From Auanema rhodensis (lineage: Eukaryota; Animalia; Nematoda), in the NCBI GenBank assembly GCA_964057225.1, contig OZ059897.1:8866001-8930000 (forward strand): 64,000 nt of DNA, written 5' to 3'. A program made the translations under genes and the position numbers. Shown here one piece after another: positions 25,460 through 39,879 of the stretch (position 1 is its first letter; the number at the start of each line of letters is the position of its first letter). A model generated the notes under the pieces. That model made no database searches and was not told the origin of the DNA. It was given only the letters and a program-made list of their open reading frames with translations.

Positions 25460-27383
25460 CTATATGTGAAGTTCATTTCCGATGTATGGCGGTTTCGACA
25501 ACTGATTTGGCATCTGTGGCAAAGAGAATGCAACAGAACCACGTTTAACGGCCATTATTCCATTAGCATTCACAGATTCTCGATTCTGAAGCATGCTCGA
25601 AATCATTCAAATTAAATTGTAAACTAAATTCGATTACCATGAGCATTGCAGGAAAAAACGCTTCTTGAGTCAACGACCTCAGAGCTGACGGCGGAGGAGG
25701 CGAACGCCTCATGAGCATTTCAAATGAAGGAGCATTAGAAGATGTACTCCTGGAAATTTTATTTGAGCATTATCGGAGAAAATGTTCAAGTTGTTTCTGA
25801 TAATTTCATTATTGTATAATTTAATCGCAAAATAGAATTACTGATATGATTGAAAGCATGTGGCAAATTTCATCAATTCTTTTCTATTATAATCGAAAAT
25901 ATTGACAGGAATCAAATGATTTGAGGAGTCAAATACTATTATTCATCATGTGGTATTCAAATAATTTTATTTTGTTTTATACATTTCTAACCTTATTTCA
26001 ATAGAAATTATGAAATCAAGAGTCAAAACTTCCTAACTCATGTCATTCTATCTGTTATACTTTTTTTGTACTTTATATAGCAATTATTCATATTATATCG
26101 TATAGTTTAAAGAGTTAAATAAATCTAAAGTTTTGAAATTAAAATCATATATACCTTGTTCTATTATCAAAACGAGCATGATGGTAAGCATTTTCTCTAG
26201 AAACTATTTCTTCACTATTTTGATCAGTTCCTACAGTATTCTAAAACATATAAAATATAATTAATAACTATGTTTAATTCAAATACTGTATGTGTATTTA
26301 GTAATGAACGAAGTTTATATCGATTAAATGTTCGTTCATCTCTTTTTGCCATATAAACCATGATGGAAAAGAGAGCAGCCAATTCTGTTAAGAGAAATGA
26401 AGCCTGAAGAATATAATATAATTAATTTTTTGTTATCTTTATCTTTATAATTACTTTTAAAAATATAAATGAATAACCATATTGAAAATGAAACAATGGT
26501 ACATCCATTTTGGAAGCTGGATGTATACGATTACCAACTTCTTTTGAGACAGCAGACATGTACACAATAATGCAAAGAAAGTTAGCAATCCCTGTAATTT
26601 GGATTCAAGAATAAAAAAAATAAAACTTGAATTTGAAAACCTGCATTGATATGAACTAATGTTGATGTTAATAATGATGCGTAGGGTGTTGGTAGTTTGT
26701 AACAAACAAATGACATAAATAATCCAACAACATCCAATAACATTCCTGTCATCATAAACGGAAATGATCGTCGCGATGATTCTGAATTTGTAATTGAATA
26801 AGCTTTTAAGTTTAAAAAAAGTTTAATTATTCTTGTATAACAATTTGATTTTATTATTTTATTTGTCGTTTCTTTCAAACACAGCCGAGTTTATCCCGTT
26901 CAAACTTGAAAATGATTTGCACTGATACGTATAAACGTGACGTGATTCTGCTTCAGGTTGGACGTCATGTAAACAGTAAAGCATGCAAATTCGAACGTTT
27001 TCTCAAAAGTTTATGAAATGTTTTTTCCAAGAATGATCTTAATTTTATGTCTTTTATATAATACATATAATATAAATCTTTAAATTATGGTAATAAGAAT
27101 TATATTAGAATAAAGTATGCACGATGCTTCATTTATCATAAAATATAATTCTTCTAAAAATAGAATTATAATAATTTGCTAATCAAAGTTTGACCCACTC
27201 ACTCACCAGATCTTTGTCTACACAAGTTATACGTCAAATTCTTTTCAATTAAATCAATGTTCTTGTTAACATTTACATGTTTAGAAATGTGTATTATCTT
27301 ATATCTATTACCTAATTTTGGAGCAATATACATATAATATATATGAATTGCCTGAATATTTAACTATTATTTTATGTATAAAT

Positions 27384-27415
<32 letters not shown>

Positions 27416-28536
27416 CCTCTCTCTCGCTCTTTCTCTCTCTCTCTTCATGGTCTCATCAGATTTTCATAATAGTTTGAATCTTCAATTGACTTACGTTGAA
27501 CAGATGTTGTCACATCACTCGGATCATCATCTATCAAATATTCTACTGGCTGACAATGAAAATCATGTACTGCTAAAATGGATAAAAATATTAAAACAAA
27601 TAGTTTGAGTTGCTTGCTGAGCAAAAATCAAATGTAAATAGTTATTTATTCATTTTATTTCTTACTAATTTTCTTTTTTTCTTACTTAGTTATTTCAAAA
27701 ACCAATTGAGAGTGATAGAGATCGAGCATATGCACACTACTACATGGTGAAATCTAATTATCTGATTGAATAGAAGAAAAAAAAAGACAAATATAGTAAT
27801 ACTTGTAGTAAAGTATATTTACTCTTAAGAAATATATAAATTTTTAACTGTAAAATATATGAATTCAGACAATATTTTGGGAAAATAATTGAATTTTGAG
27901 ATTATTTCTTTTTAGTTTGAATAATAAAACAACGAAAATAGATTGTTCATTCTAATATATAATATTTTTGTTCATAGTCTATTGGAATTATTCAATTGAT
28001 TTTGAAATATTCATATAACTATTTGATTAATCTACTGTTCTATTTCTTCATTTTCAAATAGTAAAGAACAAAGTGCCAAATAACGTACGATCTAACCAGC
28101 AGAATCTCCATGGACCTATGGAAGCATTCTTATAATATGTTGGCTGATTACCACTAAGGTAGTCATCTGCTTGAGAATTATTCGGCATAATATAATATTT
28201 TAAAACTTCTGATGTATAAAGCCACTTGTTTGTACCAGTTCCTATAAATACTATTTAAATATTTTACATTAGTTTTATTGGTTATTTCTTTATCTGTCTT
28301 TCTTCTATTTCTCTAACTTCTTACCCTCCCTCAAACTACCTTTCATCAATATTTGAAAGCGGGAATGAAATTCTGTTTTCTTGTTTTTTTTCTGATTTCA
28401 ATGTGTATGGGAACTTACCAATTAAGTTGAATGTAAAAGCCATTATTGAGCAATAGAGAGCTAGTACAGTGAGATGACGTCGATTAACTTTACGAATTTT
28501 TATTAATTTATGCTGACTAACAGGTATTACCATCAT
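25460..28536 (-). CDS. Stargazin-like TARP / calcium-channel gamma subunit (PMP22/claudin superfamily), likely stg-1 type
   Basis: Exons 28536-28419, 28241-28089, 27572-27495 and further exons give TM1...GTGTNKWLYTSE...IGPWRFCWLD|PVHDFHCQPVEY...QSSRRSFPF (TM2)...IANFLCIIVYMSA (TM3)...FQYGYSF...ASFLLTELAALFSIMVY (TM4), matching the CACNG/stargazin layout; tail ends KPPYIGNELHI* (TAG 25462-25460). Confidence 0.85.
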
Positions 28537-30277
28537 CTTTGATCTGAAGAGAGAGAGAGAGAGAAAGAGAGATGAAAAATAGAAAATTTTACGAATAAGG
28601 AGTATATAGATTCGCCTTAAGAGAAAAGCTTAAAAAAGAAAAAAAACAATAATATATCAGTAAACTTAGTAGAATTATACGATTTATTATAATTTTATTT
28701 GAAATACATATATAAATATCTCCAAACGATTCTGATATATTCAGCATGTCACAGAGAAATAGCGCTAGTTTACCAGAAAAAGCGAAGAATGCAAAATACA
28801 TTTTCTAGGAGGAACTTCAGAGCAACTCTTAAGAAATTGTGGGATGTGCTTTGCGACCGACGTCGTCTGACATCTACGACATCAATTGAATTTTAAGAAA
28901 TTTTTCCGACGAGAGACGTGAAGCTTTATGAAGAAGATGAAGACGACGTGCACAGATTCTGGAGAGAGCGTGACGAATTGAGAGATTGAAACGATGAAAA
29001 AGAGATGCTAAAGTAGATGGAGAAATATTCAAAAGTTGACTATGATTGCTATAAAGGACTACAGAATATACCTTGAATATGAAAATCCGATAATAGTAAA
29101 GCAGCGCGTCTTCAGATATGTGATTTTCTCAAACGGTCATAACCTCCTTTCTGGGTTGCTGACGTTTGAAGTGCTACTTGAATTTTGACTTATCCAAATC
29201 TTGAACATCAAAAGATTTTGCTATGACATCGTCGAGTAATCAGAGATGATTCTTCAATCCGGAATTAACATTTTTATGAAATATGAAAGCGATGAAACAT
29301 TATGTTTTTCCAAAAAAAATTCGAATATTTTACTGTCAATCTATGTATTCATCACAAAATTGTTGTGTTGAGTTATTACAGATACAGATACATATAAGCT
29401 AAAATTGCCCCAAATAGGTGATATAAACGTTTTTCTAAAGAATAATTTGTATTTTTTAATTTATTCAATGTTTTATTTCATTTTCGTATTTGTTATTTTC
29501 CCAATACAGCAACAATGAAAATGAGTTTGAGTACGCGTTATGTTGTTGTTTCTCCTTGCTTAAGCTTAAATGTATGTATCGCTACGCCGTTAAAGGTCGA
29601 ATGTCAGAATTGGAAAAATCTTGTTGTTAAGAAAACCTGAAAGTATTTTCCATGTTTTAGATAACAACAGCACACAGAGTTCATGAAAAAAGAGATCAGT
29701 CAGATCGACTTAGTTCTTTATGTAGTTGCTGTTATAGTGCGAGCTTTGGTTATGAATTTAATATTTCAATAAGCTTTTCAATAGTTTGAACTTGAAACAC
29801 ATGCTCATATTTCTTATAAAGTCTCAACTTATAGTGCATTTATGTATGAATATATCGAATAATATAGGAAAAATGACTAAATCTCTTGTAGATATTGTTT
29901 CTTTTTTTTTTTTTTTCAAATTATTCAACACATTTCACTGTTTTTGCTTTCATTTTGCCGCTAATTTTCTTGTTTTTTTAATCAGATTTTAAACTTTATG
30001 AGAATCATTTTGCTAATCTAAACATGCACACTACTGATGAGTACGAACGAATTGTTATGTCAGAACCAACGTTTGGTATTGCCTTCCACGTTTTTTTTTA
30101 ATTTTTCTTTCACATACACTGATTATAATGAAGTTGTTGAATAGTAAAAAAATAACAAGTAAATGTTTATTCAGCTTTGAATAGCTGTAAAACACACAGA
30201 AGTACATATCAAATAGATGAGATCGTCTATCATCTAGAGATCAGAGCATGGCTGTGCTTCCTTACAAGAGAGATTCA

Positions 30278-30319
<42 letters not shown>

Positions 30320-31017
30320 CAGAGAGAGATAGAAAAAAAAAAGAGATCGTGTAAGAGATATTAAACATATATCAAAAAGAGTGAGAGAGAAATGAAGAGA
30401 GAATAAAATGATCCAAGGAATACATGGAGACGTAGTGACACCCCAAACAAATCAGAACAGTTTGGGAGGCGCCAGTTGGCGTCTTGAGAGTTTCCAACGT
30501 CTCTATGAAGAACAATACTTCAATATATGAGTATTATCTTCGCAAAAACGTTGATGGAGAGGACGATGATGAAGATGATGATGGATGCTACTCGATGTGA
30601 ACACGTTTTGAAGATGGGCAAAAACGGAACCACATGATATTGGTTAAAGACGTTCAACGCAGATTCTAAGATTCAGTGAATTCGGAATTCTGACTGATCA
30701 GATGCAGAGAGGCAATATAGTTAGTATAAAAGTAATAGTAGGGATTTAATGATCTAATCTAAAACATAATTGTTGTTTTTTTTTCTGGAAAACTGGTGAT
30801 AAAAAGAAAAAAATTACAAAAGTAATCACAAACAATTAATAGTAATTGGAATTATTAGACTGTTTTTCTAGATATTCATCTCATTTTCATTGAAAATTCT
30901 TCAAAAATGAGATGAAGAAATTGGGGGATACTAATAATAGAAGAGTAAAGTTATGGAATTCTGAGATGAAATACTGTTTTCTGACGTCAATGCTTCTGTT
31001 GTTGAAGGTCATCGTAT

Positions 31018-31807
31018 TTAGCCGAATCGAACAAAAGTTTGTGCTCGTTTGCCGAATCGGACGAATGTTTGAGCACGTTTTCCGAACCTAACGAACGTTT
31101 GTGCTCTCTTGTTCATATCCAAATTATCTTCTTCTGAAACGAATAAATTATGTAATTGAATTATGAGGTGAGAATTTCATTGTTTCAAAATCTTTTTTTA
31201 AATTTTCAAATTATGGAGAGCCTTCAAAGAGAGAGGATTTGAATAATTCGCCAGAAATACTTAATTAAATTTCTATTCAGTCGTGTCTGAATAATTGACT
31301 TTCATAGTACGACATTTAACAAAGAAAAATGCTTTCATCAGTCAAACCCTCCTCCCCCAACATGGCAGGTAATTTGATAAGTTAAATTTATCCAAAAATC
31401 GCATTTGCCTGCTACTGTGAAAGCAAATTTATCATAACATCTGTTGATTATTATTCAGAAATTCATGATTTTTGACATATTTTATCAATTAGATGTTTGA
31501 AATAAGTTGTTAAAGCAGATATGATGATTTACCAGCTTGTTCAGATTCCTTCTGTGAACTTAAGATATTTTCTAACAATTCCTGTCTCTGTTCATCGTTG
31601 AGCTTATTGAAATCCAAATAACCTGAAAAGAGAAGCTCATCATTAATTTAATTCGAAACTTAGTTTGTGTTCATAAAATATTATATAATAAAGTTATAAC
31701 TTACTGATGGCCTCATCTAGCTTAGTTTCTGAAGCGGGGGCGGCGTGGACGGTAGTCAAGGCACACAAGGCGCAGACAAGAAGGACGGCGAGATGAAGCT
31801 TGTTCAT
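31018..31807 (-). CDS. flp-16: FMRFamide-like neuropeptide precursor FLP-16 (3 x AQTFVRFamide), 102 aa
   Basis: Exons 31807-31705, 31622-31533, 31133-31018 (309 nt): signal peptide MNKLHLAVLLVCALCALTTVHA, spacer, then NKR-AQTFVRFG-KR-AQTFVRFG-KR-AQTFVRFG-stop. Absent from the ORF track because the exons are short. Confidence 0.96.
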
Positions 31808-34218
31808 AACTTACAAGAAGTAAGATGGGGGGTACCTACAACAAATAAAATAAAGAAAATCAATGCAAATGAGAAAAAACGAATAAAAAAAGAAGAATAG
31901 CGAAAGATAGAGAGTGAGAGAGAGTATGTGAGAGAGAGAGAGAAAGAGAAATAGAGAGAGAGAGAGATAAATACAAGAAAAACAAATTCAAATAGTAAGA
32001 AAATAAACATGTACATGCATATACTATTCAGTGTCCAACTTAATTTTATCAAATTGGTAAACAACAATAGGTAATTAAAGATAGAGAAAGTGTGAGATAT
32101 ATAGAGAGTAAAAGAATAACTAAAAGGGAAAATGGGTGTAAGGTATAACAAGGTCTTTGACTTATGCACATCTGTCTCAATTTTCAAACAAATAATTGAA
32201 TTCTTCAGCTTTTATTTCATTTCTGTCTAAAGGTTAATAAAGGTATTGTCACAAAAGTTGAAAACATGAAGTTATTTGTTTCAAAGGGACAAAGAAATTT
32301 CAAAAAAAATTGAAATTCAGCTTATAACATGTAAGAAAGTGTTTAAAAATATATTTTGAGTGAAGAACATGATGGGAATTGTACGAAGTTATTCTCATTT
32401 TCATGGATTTATCAAAAAGTTTCGATTGGTTTATCAAAAAAAATTTTAAAAGGGAAAGGGGGAATATTTTTTATAAATTTGACACGCAAGAGATGTATGG
32501 CAGGGAGAACTGTGATAGCATATCGGATGCAGATCTGTTGGGAATCTGATAATGACAACTGGGGATGGCAAGAGACGTCAAAGGAAAAAAAATGCTTTGG
32601 AACAACAGGTGATCGAATTGAGAAGGAATTCAGATTTTTTCCTGATAACGTCTGGCCAGAAATGGAAAATGTGAACAGCTTTAGATCACGGAGATACTCG
32701 ACGATAATTAAGCTGAATGACAAGAAGGGTGGTTCCGAAATGTGGCCAGGACTGACTCTATGTAGTAGGAGGAGCATGATTTGACAACGGCGACAAAGCT
32801 TTGCTGCTACTTGGTATTGACGTCATCTGACGTGAAATAGAGATATAAGTGAAAATGTGACGCATAGACAATTCAAAATATGAGATCGGGTCACAGGTGA
32901 TTCTAATTCAACGTCACACGAAAGGGATGATGCAGATTATAAGTAAATTTGATTCTAAATGTTGGCGTGCATGATATGTGATAGATTGAAAATATAGATG
33001 AAGCCAGGAAAAAAAAAGAAAAAGAAGAGAAATAGATGTAAGAGTAGGGTGGTATATTAGAGTAAGATTGATGAATATGTGAAGAAGGCGGAGCTGTGAG
33101 ATTTATATAGAAGAGAGAACAAGAGATAAAGAGAAAGAGAGAAAGTGATAGAGAGATAGAAGTACTAGGAGAGATAGTCAGGTAGAGAGAATATCATATA
33201 TGGCAAAGCTGAATAACAAGGTGATAGAAAGTAACAGGTAAAAGAGAATTAATACATTGTTTCTCTTTACCTCTTTATCTAATAGCTCATTTCTCTCTCT
33301 CTCTGTCTCTCCCTCTCTCTCTCTCTCTCTGTTCCGAACTTAGAATGTTTCTCATTCTTCCTCTGTTTTTATTTTCACCTTTGATTCCTGACCTTCATTT
33401 CTTACAATAGTATGCTTGATCTCCTTCATTTATGATTCCTTGAATAACTAAATTGACAGTTACGATATGGTATGAACAGAGATCATGATGATATATGAGC
33501 TTTTCAAGTTTCAACCTAATTTCGTATTTCTGTTATGTAATGAAACGAAGTTTCAATTATTGGATTATATGATATTTGTTTTGAAAAATACACAAAAATT
33601 CATGATTTCGACACTTTTTTGTTAATTCTTCGTAAAGCAATGTCGCGAAGTACATTGAGATTGCATGAGTGGGTTGAAAAAGGAAGAAGATATGACGTGT
33701 TTATGTAGATGAACAGGTGGGAGGACGAGGGATTTCCTTGTTCTTAGATTCATTTACGGATAGGCTTCATTGTATAATAAACTTTTCGATTATATAACTT
33801 CAAAATCTTAAGAATATAATTCCAATTTGAAGAATATAATATTTATATTTAGAACGAGTTGCAGCACTTGATGATGATATACAGGATATTCTTCATTTGT
33901 GCTTGATTTGATTAAATATTACCTCCAAAATCAGATATAATACCCTTGTAGTATAATCATTTCAACTATAATTCAGTTGAATTTTGAACAAAAATTAGAA
34001 AACTATGTTTTCATACAAATTGTAGTTTAAAGCAGATCAAAGCTATGTTACTGATTAATCATTCAAATGGTGCACACATTTATAGAGTAGAGGGAGGAAA
34101 AAGGACAAAAAGATTGATAAAACAGAAAAAAAAATTATTTGGGTGAATTAATCATAAAGTTGCGGTCGAAAAATTCTTGTAAAGATTTCCAGCTGTTCAT
34201 TGACGTCTATAATGAAGG

Positions 34219-34352
<134 letters not shown>

Positions 34353-37300
34353 TCTTGCTTTATAAGCTTTAAAATCCTCCTGTCTCACATAAAAATATGA
34401 GGATAATATAAATTTTAATCAAAAATCACTTGAAGTTAATTAAAAAATCCAATTTATGAAGTTTATAGATATCATAAGATTTCTATGAAAAATCATAAAA
34501 ATGCCGTTTATATATATTGAACTAAAGATATTAATGACTTTATTGCTACAATTTTATGAGAAAAGCTGATAAATCCTTGCAACAGATCAGAAGCCAAAAT
34601 AGTAACTTGAACTCATTCAATGTTTAAAAAATAGAAGAAGAGGGGAAAATGATAGAAATGAAAGATAAGGAGAGGTTTCAAGAACATAAAACAGAGATGG
34701 GAAGTGAACTTTGTAAGACTCCAAAGTATATGTATTCATATATTACAGACACACATACACAGAGCACTTTCATGTCCAAAAAGGGGAATGAAGGTAGGAT
34801 GTTAGATATTCATCCTTTTCATCTCCTCTGTGTATTTTAGTTTCAGCATATTTCATGAAAATCGGGTGAATAAGTGAAAAGCTTAGAGAAAGTTAAATAA
34901 AGACCAAGAAGGTATTAAAGGAAAAATGAGGTACATTGTTTGTTGTTGAAAAGATCAGAAAAGAACTTTTCAAAACGGGATGAACCCGTTGTCTTGTCAA
35001 AAATTCCTTTAAACTTATCGAGGCAGACCGGGAGAAAAAGGGAAACAAATTCGGTTTAAGCTTACAAAGAAATGAAACAGATTTGAGTTATGTTATGGTC
35101 GGAAAACGGAAATTCAGAGTAATTTTTTCTTTTTTTGTCGTCTCAGAGGTAGGAAAAGCACAAAACGTGGTGTCCACCAGAATGTGATGTCATTTAGAAG
35201 TGAAAAAAAGTCTTTGAATTACATAAATAGCTTAGTTCAGAAGAATACAGGTTGAATTCTCATCTAATTCCACTAATGTGCTTCAACTTAATTGAGAGGA
35301 ATTACGGAATGGTCTTGACTGGGACACACATTTTTTGAATCAAACAGAAGCTCATGAGATTATTGATCACTTAGAATTCGATCAAATGTTTTTTTTGGTT
35401 ATATAAAAAGAAACTTCCTTATTATCAAATAGGAGACAGAGAAAGGGAAAAGGCAAGATTGGAGAGAGGGGGGGGGGAGTAGCCAAGAAGAAGGAAGCAT
35501 ATGTAAGAATTAATTTTGAAAAAAAAAGAATGGATGAATGGTTATACATTCAATATATATGTATATATATATTAATATGATATCAAAATATGCTTTTTGA
35601 TGTAATAAAAGATGAAGATAACATGTAAGTTTGATAATAATGATCTAATTAGAACAAAAAATTGAAAAGAAAAGATGTTTCTCTTGTTCTTAGAACATGA
35701 GCATGCTCATCAGATTTAAATATTCAGAACCTCTTCACGAGATATACAAGAATTTCAATATTGTTTCTTCGAAATTTGTGATTTTCAATGTCTGATTTTC
35801 CATCTTTTCCATTTTTTCATTTTACAAAAAAAGGTTAGAAGTTAGGCGTTGCCAGTATCAATTCAAGCATATCTGTAAGAAGTTGAAACACGATTTCCTG
35901 GAGTCAAACATGATCTATGACATGGAGATCAGCTTAGAAACACAGTTTAATATCTTTTCCACGAAATTAATATTAAACGGACATGTGATAACAACTTAAA
36001 GTAAAATTAGCTGACGGTTTTAGAATAAAATACTAGAAAATGAAGCGAAAAATCTCGTTAAACTATGTAGAAGCTATATGCTATACCCGCGAACCTATGC
36101 TCAAAGTCGACAGCCGACAATGACTATTGAAGGGGCAATACATATACAGCTGAATAACAATTTTTATTTGAAATAATATTGAAATATAAAAAATAATTAG
36201 TTTTGTTTCCTTGAAATAATGGAAATAACACGTGTTTAATCAGTCTTTATATATTTTTATATAACTTTTTAATTTAATTTTTTGTTTTGTTTGTAATCAT
36301 GAAAAATAATAGTTTAAAGTATGAATGAGTTGTGGTAGTAGAAGTAGTAGTGAGATATACAGATAGATACCTACTACATCCTATATACATGATACATCTA
36401 TGTATTATCTATCCATTTACAACTTTTTCTGTATATTCTTATGTATATAAACAGAAACATATGTATCTAATACACAAAACATCTACTATAAATAGATGCA
36501 GAAGCAGGAACAGGAGCAGAAACACGTGTATTTCTATATTTCTATTCAACAATTTTCTTTTTTTTTCTTCAAATTTCTTCTGCAAATCTATACCACCTAT
36601 ATCTATTATTTACTTGATTTCATTTAAAACTTTAAATTATTCTGCAAACTCAATTGCGCGGGTGGAGGGAGAATAGTAAACTTCAACAGTTGTAAGTGGA
36701 AGAACATTTGAAAACTTTCGAAAAATGTTCCACTTCTTCAAATTATGCTTGTTGAAGTTGGAAACAAGAGTTTAAGCTGAACGGAGTTTATCCGGTATGA
36801 ACAGTCAGTGCAATACCTTTTTTCGAATAATTTGCCTCAGGCGGATATTGAAGTTGTATGTATGTATGTGTAAAAAAAAATTCCTTTCGTTACCTCCATG
36901 TGGCTGGTCTCGACTGGAAATAGCGTTAAGGGTGAAGATCAAAAAAATAATAAAAATAGTTAAAAACGAAAATTTTCCTGTTCATGTCGTCATAGCCTAA
37001 TTGAATATTCGACATCGTTTATAACAATAATAATAATAATAATAACAATGAATATATGAGACTAATAATAAAAATAAAAATATTATTATTATTACTGTTT
37101 TGTACTTTTCTAATTATTTTCTTTTTTTTTTCGTTTGAAACACAAGAAAATATGAAAAAAAAACATTGTGAACAAAAGAAAAATTATTTTTTTCAGCATA
37201 TGTAATACAAAAACAGAAAAAATTGTTCAAAACTGATTTGATGAAGAAACAGCTGTTGATAAATTAAATTTGTTTTCATTGTATTAAGAAGAAAAACTGC

Positions 37301-39105
37301 TGATGCTCAGTGGTTTTTGTTAATATTTTCTGATAAAACCAGTATTTTTTTTTGAAAAAAGGCATAAGATCATTGATAGACAGAAGGGCCAATGGAAAAT
37401 ATAAGGTTCAATTCAATTGCAGCTCACTAGGTTTTGCATGTATTTTCAAGTTTTTTTTATACGTTTTTACGCATAGTTAAGAACTATTGAAATGTGAGTC
37501 AATAGTGTTTGAGTATTAACGAAGAAAAGTTGGCGGTACAAACAACAATATATATATATATATATATATGTAAAAAGAGAAAAAAACGATATTAAAATCA
37601 AGTTTTAACGGCAAGGATCATGATTGAACAACGGTTAAGCCGAAGCTCTATCTATGTTCTTCACAGCAGCCAAATTACCAAATAAAGGCTGGAAATGAAT
37701 TAGAGCAGTGCTTGGAAAGATGATGTGCTGGAACAGAATAAGTAAGGGGGGAGGAGATTAGATACATATATAGAGGTAGAAGAATGTTAAAAGAGAAGAT
37801 TTAGAATAGCAGAAGAACGATAGATCTTATTGAATGGATAGTATAGTGTAACACAAAAAAACATAAAATATCGTCATCGCAAAATGTAGATGTATGATCA
37901 TTAGTATAGACACACAAGATGAAATTTAGTTTGGTTACCCTCTAACAATCTTTTTTATATTCGTAAATCGACTAAATTGCCAAGTTTAGCTTTAAAATAG
38001 TTTATAAAGGAGATAAAGAGTTGAAATACATAGAGATAATGAATATAAAACGAAGTTCTTTCTCTATACTCTGATGTTTGTTCATTAAGCCATTTCAGAG
38101 AAGGAATTGGGAGAGGGGGGGGGGGAGAGAACGATAACGCTTTAGCTAAATAGTTCTGAACATTTTTAGTTTTGATTCCTAGATATATTAATCTTCCTTA
38201 TTTATCCTCCACCCACAATAACCAATTTATGGCTTTTAGCTAATGTTCGGAACTTAAACTTAACTTGAACAGCATGGATGATAGAGATGAGAGGGTGGAT
38301 ATATCATGAAGTTAGTCAGTTGGTCTTCCTTTTGATTTCTACTTATCTCTTTTGAATGTAGCTAATTCCATTTGCCTATACGTTAATTAGTCAATTCTAG
38401 TAATCGAACGGCAATTCTTCCGGAGCATTTGCTCAATAAGTCAAGCTGGAAGTAAATGATAAGCTCGAGATCGTTGTTGCAGATGCATGCTCATAGTTCG
38501 GAAGTTTGCAGCATTGCAAGACTACCTGAATGAATAGACAACATTGATGGTAAGCTATAGTGAGAAACATTGCAAATGCTTCAGTTTCCAATTGCAAATT
38601 TCAAAATATAATATGAGCATTTATATGTAAAATTAAAGAATTTAAAAAGTTTAAAACAAACTGCTTAACGATGCGATAGAATAAAGATAAAATGTTAAAC
38701 CCTAACATAAACGTTATTGGAGAAAATTGAAAAAACAATGCAGAGTTTTGAAGAAAGCATGATGTTGATGTCAAATAGAAGAGCAAACAGATCAACGAAA
38801 AGGCTTGTGGAATAGTTGCTTCGATGGTAAAGGTTATCGAAAATGAATGAAAATGTGCTTTGCTATGCGTCCGAAATGGCTCTCATAACTTTTCTTCCAA
38901 TAACATCATCATACTCATCTTCTTCAGTACGTCATTTTTACATTTGCTATCTCATTTTTCGCTATTATTCTCTTTTTTCTTTTTTTTTTCATTAAACTAT
39001 ACCGACATTTTCTTCTTGAAGTTGAAGAATACTTGTATAATACAATGGAAAATTCGAGATTCAATATGAAATAGAATAGTATTTATAGGAAAAAATCATG
39101 TATTA

Positions 39106-39167
39106 TGATGATGAATATGATAATAATGATGCTGATGATGACGACGACGACGACGACGATGATGATG
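39106..39167. repeat. Compound (GAT)n/(GAC)n trinucleotide repeat
   Basis: gatgatg...gacgacgacgacgacgacgatgatgat. Confidence 0.85.
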
Positions 39168-39814
39168 AGAATAATGATTATATGAATGATGGCGTATCAT
39201 CTATATATGTATATAAGTCAGATGGATTATACTATGCTTACTGAATAATATATTAAAATAGTTAATTGATGATACACATACAATCTTAGGAGTATGATTC
39301 ATAGTCCATCTCTCCCTCGCTCTTTCTGACTCTTTTATTGACAAATAATAAGAAGAAGATTCAAATATTAGACATGGAAATATCATCAACTTGTTGAGAT
39401 TGACATCATCAAATTAATTTGAATATTTTTGAAAAAAATCATAATTTTCTTGCTTTTAAAGCATTTAAACACTGTGGAATGTATGTAAGCGTGGCGCAAA
39501 CAAATGATAATTTTAGGAAAAATAATATTTGACGAATAGCGCAGGCTGCAGAATTGATCAGTTTTGAGATGCGAAAGAGGGAATTCTGCCAAAGTTTTCA
39601 GATATGTATAAGCTTCTGTTGAAGAGGTCAAATTGCGGAAACGAATGATCTTGTGGCATCTATGTGGGGTGAGAATATAAAAATGACAAAACGTTGTAAA
39701 AGAGGGATATATAGTGAGAAGAAAGAACGATAAGTAACTCATGGGTGGGGGGGCATAAAGGGAAATATAGAGAGAGTGGAAGAGCTAGAAATAAATAAAA
39801 AGAAGTTGAGGATA

Positions 39815-39815
<1 letters not shown>

Positions 39816-39876
<61 letters not shown>
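39816..39876. repeat. (AG)n microsatellite
   Basis: Direct read. Confidence 0.96.

Positions 39877-39879
<3 letters not shown>

Noticed and set aside
26904-27001. Frame-preserving cassette exon candidate in the stargazin-like intron
   Set aside because: Needs a rare GAG acceptor, and the flanking exons already join into a complete TARP loop; more likely intronic regulatory sequence.
30034-30090. CTGATGA..CGAA hammerhead-like core
   Set aside because: GAAA is GAAT, stem II has only 2 bp, and no stems I/III could be formed.
32356-32784. 142-aa plus-strand ORF (longest in the track) and overlapping 121-aa minus ORF
   Set aside because: Non-ATG start for the plus-strand ORF, no recognisable domain or exon signals in either; lies in the flp-16 upstream region.
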